In this document: positions 23,855-34,100 of the stretch, piece by piece | How the letters are laid out: each line of letters starts with the position of its first letter | Position numbering within the stretch: position 1 is the first letter of the stretch | Assembly: GCA_004764695.1 (NCBI GenBank) | Contig: SMSO01000025.1 | Location: 1 to 64,000, forward strand | DNA from: Schizochytrium sp. TIO01 | Taxonomy: Eukaryota; Protista; Bigyra: Labyrinthulomycetes | Reading direction: 5' to 3' | DNA: 64,000 nt | Made by a program: the position numbers and the translations under genes | Notes under the pieces: model-generated | What the model saw: the letters and a program-made list of their open reading frames with translations, nothing else | Told to the model about the DNA's origin: nothing | Database searches by the model: none

Positions 23855-26666
23855 TGTTGTCTAGACGAATTGTTGGTCCCGAGTCGGGATAACAAGGAGT
23901 CTCCTGCCTTTCTAATCATACCTTTTACAGAGGTAGGGTTAGGGTAAAGGTAAGCATTGGACAACAAAGAATCTCTTAACTTCTTATTATACCTTTTGCC
24001 AGTAGTAGGGTTAGGTAATGCTCGTGAATTATATACATGAACACGAGTATTAACCCATAATACCACTGTAAAAAGTATCAAAGAACGTAGGAGAATCTTT
24101 ATCAAGAAAACAAAATTACTCACTAAGGGACACATGGACTAAACACTAGTAGTTGCGGTTTTCCGCTCGGTGGCCGCCACTAATAAAGGACATGTGTAAC
24201 AGAGACTGAGTAGAAATAACTTCTTCACTGCCGGCAGTATGTCAGCAGACCTCAAACTATACAACCTCAACCTAAAAAGTAAACAACCTTTCGAGTCTCT
24301 GTCACTCTACAGCATTCAACAAAAGGTTATTGGCCTATTAACTCTCGTTCCTTTGCTGCCCGCGCACTCTCTGCACTGGCCCCGACCATGGTGCAAGAAG
24401 AAGTAGCCTCCGAACATGAGGAGGTCGCCTCCGTCGTGTATGAAGACGACGATGATGACGACAGTGAAAGTTATGGCAACCGCCAACTTTCATGGTCCCC
24501 TTCCCCGCGGTCCCTGCCACCGCGATGCACTCCAGCGACAACCTGGACTTTCTGCTTGGCGTCCGAGTCAGCCCCAACCATTCATTACCAACCTGAGACC
24601 CCGGCTCTCATCAAAAGGTATCAAGCGCTACTTCGAAAATAATCGCTCGACACCAACGTACGACGGCGACTTTGAAGAATACTCCGATTTCTTCGAAGGC
24701 TTCTGCGGCTACTACGAACTTCCCTTCAAGGACATCAATACATGGAAACCTTGGCCAGCCGGCATCCATTTGCAAAGCCCAGACTCTGTGTTGGCACTCT
24801 TCCTGCTCGAAGGTTTCAAGAAGTCATCCCTGTCTTTCGGTCATACGCTCCAGTATTGCCAAAGGCAGCGGCCTTGTCGGGTGGTACGTGCTAGACAACG
24901 CTTCAACCAGCACTCTAGACTCAACCAACAGCGTCGTTGGAAAGAGCTGATGAGTGTCATGCCGCTTGTCCCAAGCCCCACGAGGATCGCTCCAAGCTGG
25001 ACGACCACATCGAACAAGTTGAAACACCGCCATTGCCAAGCTCGAAAAGACTCGCCCTACGTTACAGTCTATCATGCTGTTCAGCTACATCCAACAGCTC
25101 CCTGCAGAGTATGACAAGATCAAGGCTGATCTCTACGCTCACTCTACTCTGACATTCCGTGTCATTCACGAACGCACCGGCCTGACTATGGAATCTGCTA
25201 AAGCTGCCAACACTTCTGTTTCCATGAAGTGACTGGTGCTTTTGCGCTTCTACTGACGCGACACTTTTAACAACTCGCCTCAGCTGTTAGCCAAGCCTTG
25301 GCAACTCTCCAAGCCCTCCGCAGCCCCGCAATTACCGTTCTCGTGGCAGATACCATGGCTCTCATCGAAACAACTCCCACCGTTGTCTTCGTTGCGCGCA
25401 AAATCACGGCCACCGACAATTGCACCCTTACCCTAGAGTTCGTTGCGCCCGCTGCAAACAAACCAGGTCACAAGGCCATAGTCTGCCGCAGCGTTCCCCA
25501 CTGAGGAATACTTTGCTGCTAACGTAAAAGATTTTTCAAAGTCTGCTTACCTTGGTGGCAATGCTTTTCCTTCAACTGTTATTGACAGTGGAGCTGGTGT
25601 TACAGTTGTTCCTAGCCGTCGACACATTCATTCTGAACTACCTCTACAAAAAGCAACACCTATTGTAGGTGTCTCAGGTGAATTACAAAATCCAGACAGT
25701 GTAGGCACTTACCTATCGCCATTCATTCCCAACGCCCCCGCCATACCTGCTCAAGTACATGACAGGGCCCCAGCTGTACTTGAAAGTCTCGCTGCTCTAC
25801 ACGCTGCTGGAGCCGAGCTACACATTACCAAAGATCGCCAAGTCCTTGTCTGGCAAAATCAAGAGATCCCTTTACAATTTTGTAACAACGCATTGACTTA
25901 TGCACAGGACACTACCAGCGAACCAACTGCAACACCAGTGTTTGCCGGACTCGACATTCTTGAGGCCCATCGTAGAGCTGGACATCGCTCATTCGAAACA
26001 CTTGATGCTATATCAAAACAAGTTTCGGGACTCCCTCTTGCGAAAATACAAGGATCTTTTCCAGTCTGCCCTGGCTGTGCTCAAGGTGACTCATCGCGCT
26101 CTCCCATTCGTAAAGGACCTCACTCACCTCGCAGTACCGGTCCGCGCCAAGTATCACATGTCGACCTGCTTGGTATTAAAACGCGCTCCAGCACAGGCAA
26201 TAAATACTGTGTTGTCTTTGTGGACGATTACTCCAAGTATCGGCGATGCTATTCGTTTCCTGAGTGCAATGCCGAAACACTTGTCAAAGCCATTCGGGCG
26301 TGGCGCAGAGACTGGCTCGGCGCCGCTCCCGGGAAAACTTCAACCCCTGAAGGCTTAACTCTCATCGCTGATCATGCTTTCGCTTCTAAACTTGTACAGG
26401 AGCAAATGGACTTGTACAATTGGAAACTGCAATTTGCATCTCCCCATGAACACGGTACTCATGGCGTCGCTGAACGCACAGTAGGTCTCGTTTCTCGCCT
26501 CGCTTGGTCCTATCTTCATGACTGCAATCTCCCGAGCACCTTTTGGGATTTTGCAACTGATTACGCATGTTGGACCCTTAACCGCCTTCCATCGCCTCGG
26601 ACCTCTAAGGTGCCTGCTGTCATTCATGGATGTGGTACTGCCGATTTGTCTCCAAGTCGACAATTT
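23855..26666 (+). mobile_element. Ty1/Copia LTR retrotransposon, 5' part (5' LTR 23855-24324, gag-protease-integrase), cut by assembly gap
   Basis: Begins TGTTGTCTAGA, LTR near-identical to 36253-36721; integrase HRRAGH..CPGC, VFVDDYS, GVAER. Many frameshifts in 24.4-25.5 kb and some substitutions relative to the intact copy. Confidence 0.95.
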
Positions 26667-27101
26667 NNNNNNNNNNNNNNNNNNNNNNNNNNNNNNNNNN
26701 NNNNNNNNNNNNNNNNNNNNNNNNNNNNNNNNNNNNNNNNNNNNNNNNNNNNNNNNNNNNNNNNNNNNNNNNNNNNNNNNNNNNNNNNNNNNNNNNNNNN
26801 NNNNNNNNNNNNNNNNNNNNNNNNNNNNNNNNNNNNNNNNNNNNNNNNNNNNNNNNNNNNNNNNNNNNNNNNNNNNNNNNNNNNNNNNNNNNNNNNNNNN
26901 NNNNNNNNNNNNNNNNNNNNNNNNNNNNNNNNNNNNNNNNNNNNNNNNNNNNNNNNNNNNNNNNNNNNNNNNNNNNNNNNNNNNNNNNNNNNNNNNNNNN
27001 NNNNNNNNNNNNNNNNNNNNNNNNNNNNNNNNNNNNNNNNNNNNNNNNNNNNNNNNNNNNNNNNNNNNNNNNNNNNNNNNNNNNNNNNNNNNNNNNNNNN
27101 N
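26667..27101. other. Assembly gap (435 N) at the mirror axis of the window
   Basis: Run of N; flanking arms have opposite orientation. Confidence 1.
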
Positions 27102-30100
27102 CCCGTTGTTGAAAAAATGAACCTTATACTAATTTTCTGTCCTGCTCACAAATAGAGTAACAACTTGGAGCTTTCTTTCTCAAGCTTGAAAATATATCCT
27201 TTCTCACAAATCAAATGCAGGTATCTCACCAATTTATGTGCTATCACCTTATTCCTATAGCAAAGCTTTGGCTATTTTATTGACAGAGTTAGAACACTAC
27301 TAAACTCGGTTCTTTCCCCCTATTATTAATATGAGAGACCAAAGAATAACTTTCAAAGGTCAGTAAAAATAACTTTTAAAAATATTTTGTCAAGAGATAA
27401 TCTATATATGGGACCGGGGTATACTAGGTATTGACGAGTGGTCATTAGTCACGCCTTTTTATAGCCCCTTAACAGATTAAGAGTCAAATAGCTGAAACTC
27501 TAGGAGATAGAGTTGCCGTATGTAGGTCCCGGGTTCGATCCCCCCGTGATGTAAGTGCCTGGAAAAAGAAGGACTTACTGGGGGGTAGGGGTGTCCTATT
27601 CCTGCTGGGATGTCGAATCAGTCTCTAACCGAAATATGAACCTTTCGCCCAGAGAATGGGGGGGTGTCAAGAGATAATCTATATATGGGACCGGGGTATA
27701 CTAGGTATTGACGAGTGGTCATTAGTCACGCCTTTTTATAGCCCCTTAACAGATTAAGAGTCAAATAGCTGAAACTCTAGGAGATAGAGTTGCCGTATGT
27801 AGGTCCCGGGTTCGATCCCCCCGTGATGTAAGTGCCTGGAAAAAGAAGGACTTACTGGGGGGTAGGGGTGTCCTATTCCTGCTGGGATGTCGAATCAGTC
27901 TCTAACCGAAATATGAACCTTTCGCCCAGAGAATGGGGGGGTGTCAAGAGATAATCTATATATGGGACCGGGGTATACTAGGTATTGACGAGTGGTCATT
28001 AGTCACGCCTTTTTATAGCCCCTTAACATATTTTGCCAGAGAAAACACATCTCCCCTGTCGTAAAGTGGATCTTCTTTCCAACGGTACCCCTCCATGATT
28101 AATATCTTTCCCCGTTGTTGAGAAATGAATCTTATACTCATCATTTAATTCTTTCTTTTGTTATCAAATAGAGTGGCAACTTAGAGCTTCTTCTCTCAAG
28201 CTTGCAAGAAGCTTTTCTCTCATAAATCAAACGCGGCCATCTCAACAATTTATGCGCTGTTGAGTGGTGCTTCTGGAAAAGTTCTGTCTATTGTATCCAT
28301 AGAGTTAGAACACTACTAAAATCGGTTCCTTCCCCCTATTAATAATATGAGAGACCAAAGAATAACTTTCGAAAGTCAATAAAAACATGAATAAATCTTT
28401 TGTTCTTCTGAACCAACACATTTACCCTATTGTAAATTTAAACAGCTTTCCAATGGTACCCCGCAATGATTAAAACATTGCTTCATTGTTGAGAAAAAGA
28501 ATCTTATACTAATCAATTTATTCTTTATCCTGCTCACAAATAGAGTGACAACTTGGAGCTTTTTTTCTCAAGCTTGCAAGAAGAGTTTTTTCTCATAAAT
28601 CAAATACACGCATCTTAACAATTCATGAGCTATCGAATGGTGCTTGTAGTAAAGCTCTGTCTATTCTATTGATAAAGTTAGAACACTACTAAACTTGGTT
28701 CTTTCCCCTATGAATAATATGAGAGACCAAAATTAAACTTTCAAAGGTCAGTAAAACTATATATTAAAAGTATTTTTTCTGAGAAAACACATCTACCCTG
28801 TTGTAAATGCAAGCAGCCTTCCAATGGTACCACTCGATGATTAATATATTATCTCATTGTTGAGATATTGAATCTTATACTATTCAATTTACCCTTTATC
28901 CTGGTAATAAATAGAGTAACAACTTGGAGCTTCTTTTCTCAAGCTTACAAAAATATTTTCAATTATAAATCAGACGCGGCTATCTCAAAAATTCATGATT
29001 TATCGAATGGTGCTTGTAGCAAAGTTCTGTTTGTTCTAGTAATAGAGTTATAACACTACTAAACTCGGTTTCTCCCCCCTATTAATAATATGAGAAACAA
29101 AGAAATATCTTTCAAAAGTCAATAAAACATAGTCATATTTTTTTTTTCTGAACCAACACATTTATCCTGTTGTAAATTGCAACAGCTTTCCAACGGTACC
29201 AATCCATGATTAATATATTGCTTAATCATTGAGAAAATGAATCTTATACTAATCAATTTTATTCTCTATCCTGCCAACAAATAGAGTAACAACTTAGAGC
29301 TTCTTTTCTCAAACTTGAAAAAAAAAATTATTCATAAATCAAATGCGGCCATCTCCACAATTCATGCGCTATCGAATGGTTCTTCTAGAAAAGTTCTGTG
29401 TACTCTACTCATAGAGTTAAAACACTACTAAACTCGTTCCTTCCCCCTATTAATAATATGAGAGAAAAAAAATAAACTTTCAAAGGTTAGTAAAACTATA
29501 TGTTTAAAGTATTTTTTCTGATAAATTACATCTACCCTGTTGCAATTTCAAGCCGCTTTCCAATGGTACCAGTCCATGATTTATATACTTCCCCGTTGTT
29601 GAGAAAATGCATCTTATACTAATCATTTAATTCTTTCTTTTGTTATCAAATAGAGTGACAACTTAGAGCTTCTTTTCTCAAGCTTACAAGAAGCTTTTCT
29701 CTCATAAATCAAACGCGGCCATCTCAACAATTCTTGAGCTATCGAATTGTGTTTGTAGAAAAATTCTGTATATTCTACTCAAAGAGTTAGGACACTACTA
29801 AACTCGGCTCCACCCCCCTATTAATAATATGAGAGACTAAAGAATAACTTTCAAAGGTCAATAAAACTATATGTTAAAAGTATTTTTCCTGAGAAAACGC
29901 ATCTAACCTGTTGTAGATCTTAACAGCTTTCCAACGGTATCACTCTATGATTAATATCTTTCCCCATTGTTGAGAAAATGAATCTTATAGTAGCAAATGT
30001 TTTCTTTATCCTGCCAATAGACAGAGTGACAACTTAGAGCTTCTTTTCTCAAGCTTGCAAGAAGCTTTTCTCTCATAAATTAAATGCACTCATCTCAACA

Positions 30101-30801
30101 ATTCATGCGCTATCGAATGATTCTTCTAGAAAAGTTCTGCTTACTCTACTCAAAGAGTTAAAACACTACTAAATCCGGTTCCCGCCCCCAATTAATAATA
30201 TGAGAGACAAAAAATAATCTTTCAAAGGTCAGTAGAAACACATTTTAAGAATATTTCAGCTAAGCAAACACATCAACCCTGTTGTACATTGCCCCAGCTT
30301 TCCAACGGTACCCCTCCATGATTAATATTTTTCCCCGTTGTTGAGAAAATGAATTTTATACTAGCCGTTCAATTCTCTATCCTGCTCACAAACAGAATGA
30401 TAACTTGGAGCTTCTTTTCTCAAGCTTGACAGGGTCTTTTTTCTCACAAATCAAATTCGAGCATCTCAGCAATTCATGTTCTATCAAGGGGTGCCTATAG
30501 TAAAGTCCTTTCTATTCTATTCATAGAGTTAGAGCATTACTAAACTCAGTTCTTTCTCCCTATTAATGATATGGGCGACTAAGAAATAACTTTCAAAGGT
30601 CAGTAAAAATAAATTTTAAAAAGATTTCGCCTGAGAAAACACATCTACCCTGTTGTTAATCTTAACAGCTTTCCAACGGTATCACCTGATGATTAATATC
30701 TTTCCCCGTTGTTGAGAAAATGAACCTTATACTAATCATTTTGCTGCTCACAAATAGAGTGGCAACTTAGAGCTTCTTTTCTCAGGCTTGCAAGAAGAGA
30801 T
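27102..30801 (-). repeat. Subtelomeric repeat family C (~370 bp, ~8 units), inverted relative to left arm
   Basis: tttcaaaggtcagtaaaa / cactactaaactcgg blocks recur at ~370 bp spacing; reverse complement of 22871-23854; interrupted by TRIM and Copia. Confidence 0.9.
27388..28028 (+). mobile_element. Tandem TRIM (non-autonomous miniature LTR element): three 87-bp LTRs and two 190-bp internal regions
   Basis: LTRs 27388-27474, 27665-27751, 27942-28028 (TGTCAAG...CTTAACA); PBS-like GATTAAGAGTC after LTR; PPT AGAGAATGGGGGGG before LTR; 5-bp TSD TATTT (27383-27387, 28029-28033); removing it restores the host repeat unit. Confidence 0.92.
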
Positions 30802-31177
30802 TTTTGTTGAATGCTGTAGAGTGACAGAGACTCGAAAGGTTGTTTACTTTTTAGGTTGAGGTTGTATAGTTTGAGGTCTGCTGACATACTGCCGGCAGTG
30901 AAGAAGTTATTTCTACTTAGTCTCTGTTACACATGTCCTTTATTAGTGGCGGCCACCGAGCGGAAAACCGCAACTACTAGTGTTTAGTCCATGTGTCCCT
31001 TAGTGAGTATTTGTTTTCTTGATAAAGATTCTCCTACGTTCTTGAATACTTTTACAGTGGTATTATGGGTTAATACTCGTGTTCATGTATATAATTCGCG
31101 AGCATTACCCTAACCCTACTACTGCAAAAGGTATAATAAGAAAGTTAAGAGATTCTTTGTTGTCCAATGCTTAACCT

Positions 31178-34100
31178 TTACCCTAACCCTACCTCTGTAA
31201 AAGGTATGATTAGAAAGGCAGGAGACTCCTTGTTATCCCAACTCGGGACCAACAATTCGTCTAGACAACACACCTCCCCAAACTTCTTAGACGTGAGCCT
31301 TGTTCCTAGAAGTGCAGATACAGAGCGATCCGTATCTCCGGGAGTTACGTGCCCAAGAAAAGCAAGGCAGATGCGGTAGATATGATAGTGATGAAGCTCC
31401 CGACTAAGGTGTTTGGTCAACACGTCAGCTGGATTGGTCCGAGTGTTTTCATAAGATAGAGAAATGATGTTGTCCTCTAAAAGTTGATGAAGATGGTGTC
31501 TGCGAATGTCCACATGCTTAGAGTTGTTGCCAACGCTCAAGTTTCGAATCAAAGGGATGATAGCTTGATTGTCCGTGTATAGTGGCGATGCATCAGCTTG
31601 GGGACAGCCCAGAAAATCTAAAATGCGACGGTTCCAAATAATGGCTTTAGCGGCTTCGTTCGCAGCGTAGAGTTCTGCCTCAGTTGAGGAAAGTGCCACA
31701 GTTCGTTCTGTACTAGACTTTGTCAGAATGGTAGACCCATTAACTGCTAGCAGGTAGCCAAGTGTAGAACGTCGTGTGTAAGGGCAAGGCGCGTAAGAGG
31801 CATCGCACCAAGCTTCAAGCTTTATGTCCGAAAGTTGTATGGCTCCTCGTAAGACTATCCCGATGTTGCTCGTGCCAGCAAGGTAACGTAAAACAGCTTT
31901 GGCTGCTGTAAAGTGTTCTTCGGTTGCTGCACGATTGTGTCTACCAAGTTCTTTAACTGCAAATGCAATGTCGGGGCGTGTATTGACTACCCATTGAAGA
32001 CTTCCCACCAATGACTGATAAAGGGGATCAGTTTTGGCCTCCTTAGGAAATGTTAACGGGTTTGCAGATGCAGGAGTGATGCGTGGTTGACAATTGTTAA
32101 GACCATGAGTTTCGAGAAGTTCCTCAATAAAGTCGGCATGATCTAACAAAGCGATCTTGGAACTTCGATTGATCGTAAGATGCGCTCCAAGGTATCGAAC
32201 ACGTTTGTTGTCAGGTAAATGTTCGAAGTCCACTTTGTCGTTCCCAAAATATGATTTTAGATGACCTTCAAGAGCTTTGACACTCGAGGCAGGACCAGAA
32301 ACTAGACCATCATCGACATGGGTAGACACTGTCAGGTTCAGGCCCTTATGATGGAAAAGGCATGCATCATCTGGGCAAGGTGCTAAGCCAAAAGCATCAA
32401 AAGCATGCGCTAGTTCTTTGTAAAATCTTAGCGGAGCAGATGAGATGCCATAGACAGATTTCAGAAGGCGATAGTAAGTGTATTCACCGTAGAAAGTCCG
32501 TACTCGTATGAAAATGTCTTTGTCATGTACCGGTGCAGTGAGGAAAGCACTTGTAATGTCGAAAATAGCAAAGTCATGTTCCTGTGTAAGACCCAAGGTA
32601 ATTTGGATGCGTACGGAAGATGGCATTGTAACTGGTGATGCTACTTCTTGTTCAGAGGTTGGTTCTTGATCACCGCGAACAACAAGTCTCATCTTAAGTC
32701 TACGGCGCCCTTCGTTGTCTGCGGGCTTTTTCTTGTAGACCTTCATGACATCTAAGACTTTTCCACGCACCTCCGACTTTGGGACTTCTTGCAGGGTTTC
32801 TTGTGCTGCATGATTTGCCATTTCTTCTTCATCTGTTTTCCTCCACATAGCTTTCTCATAGTCGCTGTAAAGTCGAAGATCACTTTCGTGACGAGGCTCG
32901 CGAACAGGTCTGCGTGGGTCCTCGTAAACGTGAGTGTTTGAAGTAGAAGCTTCCTGATTGTTCACCTCCTTCGTCAATAAAGCTGGGGCTGAAGTTGAGG
33001 AACTTGGATGGAAGGTTTTACCACTCCTTGTTGTAGAGCCGGTGTCGACGTCGCCAAGAATTGGATCTACCCAATGGAATTTGTTGTTTGCTATTTGTAG
33101 AACTTGTCCAGGGTATAATGGACCAGCATCAACAAATTCACGAAGAGCTTGCTTGAACTCGGAGGAGTAAGACGGTTTCTGTTTATACTTACGCGGTGGT
33201 TTCTGTGAAGAGTCCACCTCCTGCTCAATGATGGTAACATCGGGCACCTCCTTCTCTATAATGGTAGCGTCGGGCACCTCCTGATCAATGTTAATAAGAT
33301 CAGGCACCTCCTGATCAATGCTAATAAGATCAGGCACCTCCTGATCAATGCTAATAAGATCGGGCACCTCCTGCTGAAAGTCTATAAGGTCTGACACCTC
33401 CTGCTCTGGACTGGATGCTGCGGGAGTACTTTGGGCAGGGTAGCTAAAATGTAGATCTTCGTCGTTTTCGCCAGAAGAGCCTGCGAGATCAAAGTTGACA
33501 GAAACGTCATTAGTGAAGGAGGGACTGGAGGGATGTTTGATCTCTGAAGAGTTTGAAGGAAGAATCAGAGACGAAGTATCTTTGGTAAGAGGGTGGAAAA
33601 AATCAGAACTCGATGGACTCGAAGTAACGTCACCGTAATCGTTGGAGAAAACCTTTACTGGGGCAGTATTGAGTAAAGAGTTGTTCAGAAGTTGCTTGCG
33701 AATGTAGTCAGATGATTCAGAGAGCTGAGGAAGGTAAGGCAGAGCACGGTAACTCCGCGAAAAAACGATCCGGCGAGAGTCCAAAGACATGATGCGTGAT
33801 GTCCCAAAGCTGTGTCGAGAACTGCAGCCAAGAAAAATACCAAGGCTTCCTTTGGCAGCAAAGTCGCTTTTAGTTGCAACACTGGGATTGTGTTGATGGT
33901 AGGCAACAAGGGTGCCAAATTGGCGACTTGGAGACAAATCGGCAGTACCACATCCATGAATGACAGCAGGCACCTTAGAGGTCCGAGGCGATGGAAGACG
34001 GTTAAGGGTCCAACATGCGTAATCAGTTGCAAAATCCCAAAAGATGCTCGGGAGATTGCAGTCATGAAGATAGGACCAAGCGAGGCGAGAGACGAGACCT

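Noticed and set aside
23930-24020. True telomere tract
   Set aside because: Only two short TAGGGTTAGG motifs, lying inside the Copia LTR.
24388-25504. Programmed frameshifting in the left Copia gag
   Set aside because: The intact copy has one continuous ORF; the scattered indels fit read error or decay.
27489-27560. A complete tRNA gene inside the TRIM
   Set aside because: Only a B-box/T-loop-like segment is recognisable; no acceptor stem or anticodon arm can be folded.
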